The notes: generated from the sequence alone by a model not told the origin. DNA of 64,000 nt from Candidatus Limnocylindria bacterium (GCA_046262615.1 JBHEML010000004.1:5596-69595), one strand, 5' to 3'. Counted from the first letter of the stretch, positions 48,773 through 57,869 are shown. Made by a program: numbers and translations.

Positions 48773-50192
48773 CGGCCCTTATCCTAGGTGCATCAAGAGC
48801 ATCTCTCCGCACGTCAGCACGCACGATCTCGACACGTGCATTTCGTGCGGCCTCTGCCTGAACGACTGTCCGACCTATCGGGTCCTTGAGGACGAAGCCG
48901 ACTCTCCGCGGGGCCGTATCCAGCTCATCCGCCTCTTGGTGAGTTCGGAAGCGCCACCCGCCGCGGGCCTCGTCGGGCACCTCGAGGCGTGCCTGGTCTG
49001 CCGCGCGTGCGAGACCGTGTGTCCGTCGAATGTGCCGTTCGGCCGGATCATGGAGGGGGCGCGGGAGGTGCTCAGCGAGCGCCACCGGAGCGGTCTGCGC
49101 ACCCGGCTGGCGCGTCGCGTGGGACTCGTGGTCCTCGCGCGGCCCCGCTTGGTCGGGGCGGCGACGGCGGCGGCGCGCGTGTACGCCGCCAGTGGAGTCC
49201 AGAGCGTCGTGCGCCGCTGGCGGCTCCTCCCGCGGACGCTGTCGGCGATGGAGTCGCTGCTGCGGCGCCCCGAGGGCGCCGGCTTCCGCCCCGGCGCCCG
49301 ATCCGCGCGACCGGCATCCGCGGGGGCGCCGACGGCCCGGGCCGCGCCACCGCAGCGCGGCGGTGTCGAGTTCTTCGCGGGATGCGTGATGCGGTCGGCA
49401 TTCGGAGACAGCGACCGCGCGACCGTGCGCGTCCTCGAGCGCAGCGGGTACGAAGTGAGCGCACCCGCCGCGCAGGTCTGCTGCGGGGCGCTCCACGCGC
49501 ACGCGGGTGACGGCCGCGGAGCGCGGCTGCTCGCGAAGAAGAATGTCGTCGCCTTCGGAGATGGCGACACGCGCATCGTCGCGAATGCCGCCGGTTGCGG
49601 CGCCCACCTCAAGGCGTACGGCGAGTTGCTCGCAGGGGCTCCCTTGTGGCGCGACCGGGCACGGCGATTCGCGGCCCGCGTGAGCGACGCGAGCGAGATC
49701 GCGATCCCCCGCATGGGCGCGCTCAGTGACGGCGCGCCACGCCACGCCGCGCGTCTCGACTCCGCTGCGGGGGACGCTGTGCGCGGGCCGTCGCCGGCGC
49801 TCCGTGTCGTCTACCAGGACGCGTGCCACCTCGCGCATGGCCAGGGCATCCGCCGCCAGCCCCGCGACCTTCTGCGCGCGCTGCCCGGCGTCCAGCTCGT
49901 GGAGATCGCCGACGGCGAGCGCTGCTGCGGTAGCGCCGGCATCTACAACCTCACGCATCCGACCGTCGCCCGCGAGCTCCAGCGGGAGAAGGTCGAGGCG
50001 ATCGCGGCGGCGCGGCCGGACGTGGTCGTGAGCGCGAACCCTGGCTGCATACTCCAGATCGAGGCGGGTCTGCGAGAGGCCGGGCTGCGAGTCCCCGTGG
50101 TACACCTCATGCGCTTCCTCGACGACCCGGCCACCGCCGTCAGGCTGACCCCAAACCCTTCAAGCGGGATCAGGCAAAAAGTGCGAAAATAG
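48759..50192 (+). CDS. (Fe-S)-binding oxidoreductase subunit, GlcF/heterodisulfide-reductase-like (2x CxxCxxCxxxCP + CCG domains)
   Basis: CISCGLCLNDCPTY and CLVCRACETVCPS. Later CCG motifs (QVCCGA, ERCCGSAG). GTG 48759 is the only canonical start upstream of the first cluster, and it overlaps the divergent glcD start by 14 nt. Confidence 0.85.
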   Translation: MTAGIGPYPRCIKSISPHVSTHDLDTCISCGLCLNDCPTYRVLEDEADSPRGRIQLIRLLVSSEAPPAAGLVGHLEACLVCRACETVCPSNVPFGRIMEGAREVLSERHRSGLRTRLARRVGLVVLARPRLVGAATAAARVYAASGVQSVVRRWRLLPRTLSAMESLLRRPEGAGFRPGARSARPASAGAPTARAAPPQRGGVEFFAGCVMRSAFGDSDRATVRVLERSGYEVSAPAAQVCCGALHAHAGDGRGARLLAKKNVVAFGDGDTRIVANAAGCGAHLKAYGELLAGAPLWRDRARRFAARVSDASEIAIPRMGALSDGAPRHAARLDSAAGDAVRGPSPALRVVYQDACHLAHGQGIRRQPRDLLRALPGVQLVEIADGERCCGSAGIYNLTHPTVARELQREKVEAIAAARPDVVVSANPGCILQIEAGLREAGLRVPVVHLMRFLDDPATAVRLTPNPSSGIRQKVRK

Positions 50193-50199
50193 TGTCGTC

Positions 50200-50511
50200 A
50201 TGAGCGTCTCTCGTTCCACCTACCGACACCGCCTCAGCTCCGAAGACGTGCGCAAGGGCCGCATCCTGATCACCAAGGACGCTTGGAAGCTCTTCCCCGA
50301 TCCCGGCGAGAAGGTCGCGCTGCGGATCGGCGCGCGCCGCTTCGACGCCGAGATCAAGGCCGAGCGCTGCGAGTGCGTGCCGCCGCAGCACGAGCACTAC
50401 CACTTGCTCTGCTCCGCGCTCAAGGGACAGACGGGCTTCAAGGCGAACGCGCTCGTCGTGATCGCCCGCGACTCCGACGGTGGCTACCGCTTCGTCGAGG
50501 AGCGCGGCTAA
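50200..50511 (+). CDS. small protein with B3 / EcoRII-N-like pseudobarrel signature (putative DNA-binding)
   Basis: HRLSSEDVRKGRILITKDAWKLFPDPGEKVALRI...FKANALVVIARDSDGGYRF follows the B3 pattern (L-T/S-x-SDV...RL-x-IPK..A...FP...; ...GD.V.F.R). Starts 7 nt after the glcF-like stop. Confidence 0.55.
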   Translation: MSVSRSTYRHRLSSEDVRKGRILITKDAWKLFPDPGEKVALRIGARRFDAEIKAERCECVPPQHEHYHLLCSALKGQTGFKANALVVIARDSDGGYRFVEERG

Positions 50512-50521
50512 ACTGACGGCC

Positions 50522-50926
50522 GTGGCGGTCTACGTCCTTATCCACGTGTTCGGCACGGTGCGCGACGAACTGGACCGCTCTGAGAGCGGCAAGCGTTCGT
50601 ATTCTGGCTGGCTGCGGCGCTTCGTCGCGGATACGCCACCGCGCATCACCGAGATCGCCCGGCTCGTGGACCTCCTCGGCGAGCACGGCTGGAAGCTCAG
50701 CGGCTCGCCGTATGACTGCGACGTCATGCTCGAGAGGGGGGTGACGCGCGAACTGGCCGAGCAGGAGCTGCGCCGCGCGGAGATATGGGATCGCCTCGTG
50801 AAGGTCGCCTCGCCCGACGACGACGGCCACGCCGTCTGGAAGGAACATCCCGAAGGCCGGACGGGGGCGCCGCGGCGCCGCCGGCGCGTGCGCCGTCCCC
50901 CGACGCGCGAGCAGGGCGGCAGCTAG
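50522..50926 (+). CDS. hypothetical protein (Arg-rich C-terminus)
   Basis: GTG 50522 (or GTG 50480, overlapping the upstream gene). High GC3. No family recognised. Confidence 0.45.
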   Translation: MAVYVLIHVFGTVRDELDRSESGKRSYSGWLRRFVADTPPRITEIARLVDLLGEHGWKLSGSPYDCDVMLERGVTRELAEQELRRAEIWDRLVKVASPDDDGHAVWKEHPEGRTGAPRRRRRVRRPPTREQGGS

Positions 50927-50932
50927 CCGAGT

Positions 50933-51925
50933 TTGCCCCACCCGCTCGGCGACGAGCTCACCGAGCTCCACGTGCATCTCGGCGGCGCGGTCGATCCAGC
51001 GGCGATGTGGCGCCTCGCGCACGCGCAGGGGATCCGCCTTCCGACCAAGGATTACTGGGAGTTCGTCGACCTCATTACCGTGCGGAAGGGCGCGCGCAAG
51101 TCGTTCGAGGCCTACCTCGCGCTGTTCCACCTGACCGAGCTCATCCAGTCGAGCCCGCTCGCCGTCGAGGAGTCTGTCTACCAGGTCGTCAGCGGCGCTT
51201 ACCGCAAGGCGAACATCACCACGCTCGAGCTGCGGTTCAACCCGATGAAACGTAACCGGGGAGGCGAGCAGGACCTCGACCACATCATCGTCGCGTCGAC
51301 CCGCGGCCTCGACCGCGCGCGCCTCGAGTATCCCGTCCGCGCCGGTTTGATCCTCTGCCTCGACCGCACCTTCGACCTCGCGCTCAACCAGATCATCGTC
51401 GACAAGGCGATCGCGTACCGCGACCGGGGCATCGTGGCGATCGACATCGCCGGCGGACGCAACGCCGCGTTCCGGTATCGCGACTACGCGGACATCTTCG
51501 CGCGCGCGCGCTCCGTCGGCTTGGGGCTCACGGTGCACGCGGGAGAGGACGAGGACTGGCATTCCGTCGATGAGGTGGTCGAGCACCTGCGGCCGGACCG
51601 TATCGGCCACGGCATCCATGCGGCGCAGGATGCGGGCCTCTGTGACCGCCTCGCCGAGCAGGGCATCCATCTCGAGATCTGCCCTTCGTCGAACCTGGAC
51701 AGCGGCGTCGTGAAGGACGTGCGGGAGCTCGCTGCGTTCATCGCGACGTTCCGCGAGCACCACGTGCACTTCAGCTTCAACACCGATGGCCCGGAGATGC
51801 TGGAGACGACGCTGCGGGAGGAGCTGCGCTTCGCTGTCCGAAGCGGCCTCGTGTCCAAGGAGGAGCTGGCGCAGTGCGGCGAGTGGGCGCGGGAGGCATC
51901 GTTCGTGCGGAACGGCCGAGCGTGA
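50933..51925 (+). CDS. add: adenosine deaminase family protein
   Basis: TELHVHLGGA...ELRFNPMKRN...VHAGE...RIGHGI...EICPSSN...FNTDGP (metal and catalytic motifs). TTG start. Confidence 0.88.
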   Translation: MPHPLGDELTELHVHLGGAVDPAAMWRLAHAQGIRLPTKDYWEFVDLITVRKGARKSFEAYLALFHLTELIQSSPLAVEESVYQVVSGAYRKANITTLELRFNPMKRNRGGEQDLDHIIVASTRGLDRARLEYPVRAGLILCLDRTFDLALNQIIVDKAIAYRDRGIVAIDIAGGRNAAFRYRDYADIFARARSVGLGLTVHAGEDEDWHSVDEVVEHLRPDRIGHGIHAAQDAGLCDRLAEQGIHLEICPSSNLDSGVVKDVRELAAFIATFREHHVHFSFNTDGPEMLETTLREELRFAVRSGLVSKEELAQCGEWAREASFVRNGRA

Positions 51926-52155
51926 GGTCGGACCGAGCGGCGCTGCTGCGCCTCCTTCTCGTGTGCGCCGGCTGGGCCGTGGGCGCGGTGGTCGCCTACG
52001 GGCTGGGCCTGCGCCTTCTGGACCCATTGCCGTCCGCGCTCGCCGCGGCCGGCGTGTACGCCGCCACCGGCCCGGTGCTCGCCGCGCCGACGCGGCGCCA
52101 CGACGTTCGCTACTGGCGGGGGCGCCCCATCGACCAGACGCGCTGGCGGCGCTGA
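51922..52155 (+). CDS. small two-TM membrane protein, hypothetical
   Basis: GTGA overlap with add. LLRLLLVCAGWAVGAVVAYGLGL... High GC3. Confidence 0.4.
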   Translation: MRSDRAALLRLLLVCAGWAVGAVVAYGLGLRLLDPLPSALAAAGVYAATGPVLAAPTRRHDVRYWRGRPIDQTRWRR

Positions 52156-52168
52156 CGCGGGTTCGCGC

Positions 52169-52597
52169 TCACTTGCCGGACTCGGTGTCCGCCGCGGGCG
52201 CCGCGACGCGGGCCGCCACGCCCTCTGTCCCCGGCTTCACGCCGGGACGTGCGCCGAACGACGACGCGCGAAGGACGTCCATCTCGGAGCCGTTGTCGGG
52301 ACGCACGACGAATGGGGCGAGTGCCCAGACGATGTTGCGAAGGGGGATGGGGTCCTCGATAGCGCGCCCGAAGCGGGCCGTTACGAAGCCCAGGTACTCG
52401 TTGGGCCCGACGAGCCGGCGGACCTCCACGCGCTCGGTCGCGGCGGCCGGGACACAGTCGGCGTGCGTGAGCGCGAAGCCGCGGTCCGCCTGCCCGGCGG
52501 CCGTCCAGGACACGATCGCCTCGGCCGGCGCGACGGCGCGCCCGCAGCCGTCGCACACGAGGTCGTATTCGCTCACGCCGACGGCGACTATAGCCAC
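52169..52597 (-). CDS. hypothetical protein with N-terminal CxxC
   Basis: GTG 52597 with GAAGGA RBS. VSEYDLVCDGCGRAV...THADCVP. Divergent from the AOR gene (18-bp gap). Confidence 0.5.
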   Translation of the reverse strand: MAIVAVGVSEYDLVCDGCGRAVAPAEAIVSWTAAGQADRGFALTHADCVPAAATERVEVRRLVGPNEYLGFVTARFGRAIEDPIPLRNIVWALAPFVVRPDNGSEMDVLRASSFGARPGVKPGTEGVAARVAAPAADTESGK

Positions 52598-52615
52598 TGA
52601 CAGAATGGTCCTTCG

Positions 52616-54373
52616 ATGAGCCAGCGCTACGGGTCCTGGGGCCGCATCCTCCGCGTCGACCTCACGCGCGGCACCACCGCCGTCGAGGAGATGGACGAGG
52701 AGACGTTCCGCCTGCATCCCGGCGGGCGTGCGCTCATCGCCCACTACCTGCTGCGCGAGGTCCCGGCCGGCGTGGATCCCCTCGCTCCCGGGAACGTGCT
52801 GGTCTTCGCCATGGGCGTGCTCACTGGCACGCCGCTGTCCGGCGCCTCCCGGCACGCCGTCGGCGCGAAATCCCCGCTCTCCGGCGGCTTCGGCGAGGCG
52901 GAGGTAGGCGGATTCTGGGGCGCGGAGCTCAAGCGCGCGGGCTGGGACGGGATCGTGGTCACGGGCGCGGCCGCCTCTCCCGTGTACCTCTGGATCAAGG
53001 ACGACGCGGTGGAGCTGCGCGACGCCTCCCATCTATGGGGGCTCGAGGTAATGGATACCGAGGAGACGCTGAAGGCCGAGGTGGGCGAGCGCCTCGCGCG
53101 CGTCTGCGAGATCGGCCCCGCGGGCGAGAACCGCGTTCGCATCGCCGGGATCGTGAACGACTTCAAGGACATCGCGGGCCGCGGCGGGCTCGGCGCGGTG
53201 ATGGGAAGCAAGAAGCTGAAGGCGATAGTGGTGAAGGGGAGCCGGATCCTGCCGCTCGCCGATCCGCCGAAGGTGAAGGAGGTCGGCCGCTGGGTCGCGG
53301 ACACCCTGCAGCAGTCGCATTGGGCATTCCACAACTTCGGCACCGGCATGGGTCTCGACGGCTACACGCGCGTCGGTGGCATGGCCGTGCGCAACTACGA
53401 GGGAGGACCTTTCGAGGAGGCGGCCGAGATCAGCGCCGAGGCGCTTGTCGAGAAGGGCTATCGCGTCAAGATGGAGGCCTGCTGGGCGTGCGCGGTTCGC
53501 TGCAAGAAGGTCGTGAAGATGGAGCAGCCCTACCAGATCGACCCGAAGTACGGCGGTCCCGAATTCGAGTCGATCGCGGCGCTCGGGTCGGACTGCGGCG
53601 TCGGCGACCTCGCGCTGATCGCCAAGGCGAACGAGCGTTGCAACGCGGTCGGTATCGACACGATCTCCTACGGCGCGATCGTCGCGTGGGCGATGGACCT
53701 GCGGAAGCACGGCATCCTGCCCGACGCGGAGCTCGACGGCGAGCCGCTGGAGTTCGGGAATGGGATGGCGGTGCTCAACGGCGTCGACGCCGTCGCGCAC
53801 CGGCGGGGCCTCGGCGCGGTGCTGGCCGAGGGCTCGGTCAGGGCTGCCCGCGAGCTCGGCGGCGCGGAATGGTTGACCGCGGTGAAGGGTCTCGAGATCG
53901 CGATGCACGATCCCCGGCAGCGCACCGAATACGGACGGCAGGTGCGCATCTCGTACGCGACGAGCCCGAGCGGCGGCGACCACATGAACTCGAACCTGCC
54001 CTCGCGCAGCATGCGCAACACCGTCGGGATGTGCTTTTTCCTCAAGTACGACGACCCGAAGATGGCGGACATCGTCAACGCCGTGACCGGCTGGGGACTC
54101 GACGAGGCGCAGCTGCTCGACCACGGGGAGCGCGCGCTCGCCCTCGCGCGTCTCTTCAACCTGCGCGAGGGCTTCGGGACCGCCGACGACGCGCTACCCG
54201 CCCGCGTGATGGGGCCGCACGTGTCGGGGGTGCTGTCCAAGGTGCGCCTCGACGCTGACGACCTCGCGGTCAAGATCCGCGAGTACTACCGGGAGCGGGG
54301 CTGGAGCGACGATGGCGTGCCCCTGCCCGCCACTCTCGAGCGCCTGGGGATCGCGGAGTACGCGACGGCGTGA
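52616..54373 (+). CDS. aor: aldehyde:ferredoxin oxidoreductase family (tungsten/molybdopterin, 4Fe-4S)
   Basis: GRILRVDLT...GGR.L....L...V.....PL.P.N.L.FA.G.LTGT....ASR..V.AKSPL.GG.GE...GG. AOR_N plus AOR C-terminal domains; Cys ligands C.AC..RCKK. Confidence 0.9.
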   Translation: MSQRYGSWGRILRVDLTRGTTAVEEMDEETFRLHPGGRALIAHYLLREVPAGVDPLAPGNVLVFAMGVLTGTPLSGASRHAVGAKSPLSGGFGEAEVGGFWGAELKRAGWDGIVVTGAAASPVYLWIKDDAVELRDASHLWGLEVMDTEETLKAEVGERLARVCEIGPAGENRVRIAGIVNDFKDIAGRGGLGAVMGSKKLKAIVVKGSRILPLADPPKVKEVGRWVADTLQQSHWAFHNFGTGMGLDGYTRVGGMAVRNYEGGPFEEAAEISAEALVEKGYRVKMEACWACAVRCKKVVKMEQPYQIDPKYGGPEFESIAALGSDCGVGDLALIAKANERCNAVGIDTISYGAIVAWAMDLRKHGILPDAELDGEPLEFGNGMAVLNGVDAVAHRRGLGAVLAEGSVRAARELGGAEWLTAVKGLEIAMHDPRQRTEYGRQVRISYATSPSGGDHMNSNLPSRSMRNTVGMCFFLKYDDPKMADIVNAVTGWGLDEAQLLDHGERALALARLFNLREGFGTADDALPARVMGPHVSGVLSKVRLDADDLAVKIREYYRERGWSDDGVPLPATLERLGIAEYATA

Positions 54374-54439
54374 CGCGCGGGTGTCGGCGCGTGATCCCGC
54401 GCACTACGCGCGACGCGCTGACCTGAGGCCGCGGCCTGC

Positions 54440-55009
54440 GTGGCATCGCGCCCCGACCACCGCGACGTGCCCCCGGCGGAGTACGCGTTCGCGCCGCTGC
54501 GCGTAGAGGACCTCTCCCTGGCCGAGCGGTGGCTCCGCGAGCCGCACGTGCGGCGGTGGTGGGACGAAGGCGAGGCGGGCTATCCCGCTGGAACGCTCGC
54601 GGAATACAGGCGGGCGATCGATGGCCAGGATCCGACGCGGATGTTCGTCGTCGCGATCGACAGGCGGCCCGCCGGGCTCATCCAGTCATACCTGGTCGGC
54701 GATCACCCGGAGTACGCAGCCGCCCTCGCGCTCGAGTGGCCGGCAGTGGGCGTCGACCTCTTCATCGGCGAACCGGGGCTGCTCGGGCTCGGGCACGGCC
54801 CGACGCTGCTGCGGCGCTTCCTGCGCGACGTCGTCTTCGCCGAGTACGACGTCGAGCGCTGCGTGATCGGGCCCTCCCTCGACAACATCCCCGCCATACG
54901 CGCGTACGAGAAGGCGGGATTTCGCCACTTCCGCGACGCGCAGGTGCCCGGCGAACCGACCGCCGAGCACCTCATGATCATGACCCGGGGGGAGGCGCTC
55001 GCGGGCTGA
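54440..55009 (+). CDS. GNAT acetyltransferase (AAC(6')/MbtK-IucB-like, Acetyltransf_8 type)
   Basis: FAPLRVEDLSLAERWLREPHVRRWWDE...GLGHGP.LLR.F...N..AIRAYEKAGF. Confidence 0.8.
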   Translation: MASRPDHRDVPPAEYAFAPLRVEDLSLAERWLREPHVRRWWDEGEAGYPAGTLAEYRRAIDGQDPTRMFVVAIDRRPAGLIQSYLVGDHPEYAAALALEWPAVGVDLFIGEPGLLGLGHGPTLLRRFLRDVVFAEYDVERCVIGPSLDNIPAIRAYEKAGFRHFRDAQVPGEPTAEHLMIMTRGEALAG

Positions 55010-55069
55010 CGTCGCGCGGTGGCACCGCACGGGCGGTCCAGACGCACCTGGGGCACCATGCACGCGGCG

Positions 55070-55744
55070 ATGCGCATCCTGCTGACGGGTTTCGAGCCGT
55101 TCGCCGGGCGGGGCATCAACCCGTCGTGGGAAGCGGTGCGCGAGCTGGACGGCGAGATCGTCGCGGGTGCGTGGATACGCGCGCTGCGCGTACCGGTCGT
55201 CTGGCGCCGATCGGTGGAGAAGATCGTCGCTGAGCTGGAGCGGGAGCCGGTCGACGCGCTCGTCATCGGCGGCCTCGCGTACGGGCGCGCGTCGGTCAAC
55301 GTCGAGGCGCTCGCGCACGCGATCGGGGACGCGCCGTGGGCCCCAGACAACGAGGGCCGGGCGCTCGCCGCCTCCCGCAGCGATGACGGCACATCGGGAC
55401 CTGACGCGCTCCTCGCCACCGCGCCGGTACGCGCGATCGCCGCCGCGCTGAACGCGAATGGGATCCCTGCCGTCGTCTCGTGGGACGGCGGCGCGTTCGT
55501 GAGCAATGCGACGCTCTACGGGGCGCTGCGTCACGCCCGCGACGCCGGCCTCAGCCTGCGCACCACGTACCTGCATGTCCCGGCGATCCCCGAGATGACC
55601 ACTGGCACGGCGACGCCGTCGCTCCCGCTGCGCGTGATCGTGCGTGCCTTCCGCATCGCGTGCGAGACGGTGGCGACGCACGACGGGCCCGACCTCCCGC
55701 TGCGACGGTGGCCGACCGCTCTGCCGCCGCTCGAAGCCGGTTGA
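55070..55744 (+). CDS. pcp: pyroglutamyl-peptidase I (C15) homologue with Ser in place of the catalytic Cys
   Basis: MRILLTGFEPFAGRGINPSWEAV...VNVE.LA...DGGAFVSNATLYG...YLHVP. The Glu and His positions are retained; the nucleophile codon is AGC (55502-55504). Confidence 0.85.
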   Translation: MRILLTGFEPFAGRGINPSWEAVRELDGEIVAGAWIRALRVPVVWRRSVEKIVAELEREPVDALVIGGLAYGRASVNVEALAHAIGDAPWAPDNEGRALAASRSDDGTSGPDALLATAPVRAIAAALNANGIPAVVSWDGGAFVSNATLYGALRHARDAGLSLRTTYLHVPAIPEMTTGTATPSLPLRVIVRAFRIACETVATHDGPDLPLRRWPTALPPLEAG

Positions 55745-55788
55745 GCGCAGCGTGCCATCATTCCCGCGCGTGCTGGGAGGTCGTCGAC

Positions 55789-56577
55789 GTGGGTCTGCTC
55801 GAGGGTAAACGCGCTCTGGTCATGGGAGTGGGGAACAAGCGGAGCATCGCGTGGGGCATCGCGTCCGCGTTCCAGCGGGAGGGTGCGCAGCTCGCCTTCA
55901 ACTATGCGACGGACAGGCTGAAGGACAATGTCGTCGACCTCGTGAACTCGCTGCCCGACCACGACGGCATCCCGGTGATGCCGTGCGACGTCACGAAGCA
56001 GGACGAGGTCGACGCTCTCTTCGCGCACCTTCGTGCCCGGTGGGGGAGTCTCGACGTCCTCGTCCACTCGATCGCGTTCTCGCCGGTGGACGAGCTGCGC
56101 AATCGCTTCGTCGAGATCTCACGCGAGGGCCTCGGGACCACCATCGAGATCAGCGCCTACTCGCTGATCGGGCTGTGCCGCGCCGCGCTCCCGCTGTTCG
56201 AGGCCGCAGGTGGCGGATCGGTGATGTCCCTCACCTTCAATGCCGTCGAGCGGGTCGTGCCGAGCTACAACGCGATGGCGATGGCCAAGGCGGTGCTGGA
56301 GGCCGAGACCCGGTACCTCGCCGCGGACCTCGGTCCGTCCAACATCCGAGTGAACGCGATCTCCGCGGGACCTCTGAAGACGCTCGCCGGCAGCGCCGTC
56401 AAGGGGATATCGGCGGCGCGCGACCTCATGGAGCTGAAGGCGCCGCTGCGGAGGAACATCACCCAGGACGAGGTCGGCAACGTCGCCGTCTTTCTCGCGG
56501 GCGAGATGTCGCGCTGCGTCACGGGGGCGACGATCTTCGCCGACAATGGATTCAATATCCTGGGCGTAAGCTCGTAG
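55789..56577 (+). CDS. fabI: enoyl-[acyl-carrier-protein] reductase (NADH), FabI
   Basis: GTG 55789 with GGGAGG RBS. LLEGKRALVMGV.N.RSIAWGIA......GA.LAF.Y...HSIAF....Y.VMA.AKA.LE...RVNAISAGP.KT. Confidence 0.93.
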   Translation: MGLLEGKRALVMGVGNKRSIAWGIASAFQREGAQLAFNYATDRLKDNVVDLVNSLPDHDGIPVMPCDVTKQDEVDALFAHLRARWGSLDVLVHSIAFSPVDELRNRFVEISREGLGTTIEISAYSLIGLCRAALPLFEAAGGGSVMSLTFNAVERVVPSYNAMAMAKAVLEAETRYLAADLGPSNIRVNAISAGPLKTLAGSAVKGISAARDLMELKAPLRRNITQDEVGNVAVFLAGEMSRCVTGATIFADNGFNILGVSS

Positions 56578-56616
56578 CCGCGCGCGGTCCCTCCGACCGT
56601 TAGCATTCGCCGCCGA

Positions 56617-57819
56617 GTGAGGGCCGTCCGACTCTTCGCGCTTTTTTCAGCGGTCACTGGCGCGCTGCTGGTCGCGTCGGGCACACCCGCGCTCGCTGCC
56701 GATACCCGCCAAGGCCAGGCGATCACCGTGGCCGCGGGCGAGACGATCGACGACGATCTCTACGCGTTCGCCGGGACGATCGCGATCCTTGGCACCGTAC
56801 GCGGCGACGTCGTCGCGTTCGGCGGCACCGTGACGGTCGACGGGACGGTCGGGGGAGACCTGATCGCGGGAGCCGGTACGACGACGGTCCGTGGGCAGAT
56901 CGCCGGGAGCGTTCGCGTCGCGTCGGGCAACGTGACCATCGACGGCCGCGTCGGCGAGGACGTACTCGTGGGCAGCGGCACGCTCAACGTCGGCCCCGGC
57001 GGGCGCATCGGCCGCGACGTGCTCGCCGCCGGCGGCACCGCGATCGTGAGCGGCGAGATCGCGCGGAACGTGCGCGGCGCGATGGGCGATGCGACGCTCG
57101 ACGGAAGGATCGGCGGGGACACCGTCCTCGACGTCGGGACGCTGCGGCTCGGCGATCGCGCCGCGCTCGAGGGCGGGCTCGTGTACACGAGCGAGCGGGA
57201 GGCGGAGCGGGCCGCCGGCGCGACGGTCCGCGGGACCGTCGAACGACGCACCCCGCCGCGCGCGGCGCAGAGCGATCCGACGACGCGCACCGTCGGCGTC
57301 GTCGTCGATTGGCTTCGCGGGTTCGTGGCGTTCGCGGTCCTCGGCCTGGTGATGCTGCTCGTCCTGCCCGCGGCCATACGCCGTTCGGCCGACACGCTCT
57401 CCACATCGCCGCTCGTCAGCCTCGGGATCGGGGCCGCCGTGCTCGTCGGCGTGCCGCTCGTCGCGCTGATCGTCTTCGTCCTCGGGCTCCTGGTCGGCGG
57501 CTGGTGGCTCGGCGCGCTTGCCCTCGCGCTCTACCTCGTCGCGATCGCGGCGAGCGTCCCCGTGGTGGCGCTCGCGATCGGAAGGTCGCTGTTCGCCGCC
57601 GTGCGCCGCGGAGACAGGGGCATCATCTGGGCGTTCCTGCTCGGCCTGGTGATCCTGCTGCTGGTCGCGGCGATCCCGGTCGTCGGTAGGATCGTCTACT
57701 TCGTCGCGATCCTCCTCGGCCTCGGAGCGCTGACGGTCGCCGCCCGCCGCCACCAGGCGCCCGCGGTCGCCCGGACCGATGCCTCCCTCACGCGCGTCTC
57801 GGGGCCCTCCTCGACCTAG
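56617..57819 (+). CDS. signal-peptide beta-helix repeat protein (bactofilin/polymer-forming-like repeats) with C-terminal 4-TM anchor
   Basis: Signal peptide ...ASGTPALAAD. About 10 tandem G..V.G[DN]V.. units (VRGDVVAFGGTVTVDGTVGGDLIAGAG...), followed by four hydrophobic helices. Confidence 0.7.
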   Translation: MRAVRLFALFSAVTGALLVASGTPALAADTRQGQAITVAAGETIDDDLYAFAGTIAILGTVRGDVVAFGGTVTVDGTVGGDLIAGAGTTTVRGQIAGSVRVASGNVTIDGRVGEDVLVGSGTLNVGPGGRIGRDVLAAGGTAIVSGEIARNVRGAMGDATLDGRIGGDTVLDVGTLRLGDRAALEGGLVYTSEREAERAAGATVRGTVERRTPPRAAQSDPTTRTVGVVVDWLRGFVAFAVLGLVMLLVLPAAIRRSADTLSTSPLVSLGIGAAVLVGVPLVALIVFVLGLLVGGWWLGALALALYLVAIAASVPVVALAIGRSLFAAVRRGDRGIIWAFLLGLVILLLVAAIPVVGRIVYFVAILLGLGALTVAARRHQAPAVARTDASLTRVSGPSST

Positions 57820-57869
57820 GGACGCGCGCCGGGGTCCCGGCACGGTCTGACCCGCGGCAACGAGTTACG

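Noticed and set aside
50933-51925. Adenosine deaminase as part of a RADAR-like or nucleotide-depleting anti-phage system
   Set aside because: It is an ordinary ~330-aa Add with the canonical metal-binding motifs. No large ATPase (RdrA-like) or other defence partner is adjacent, and the flanking genes are metabolic.
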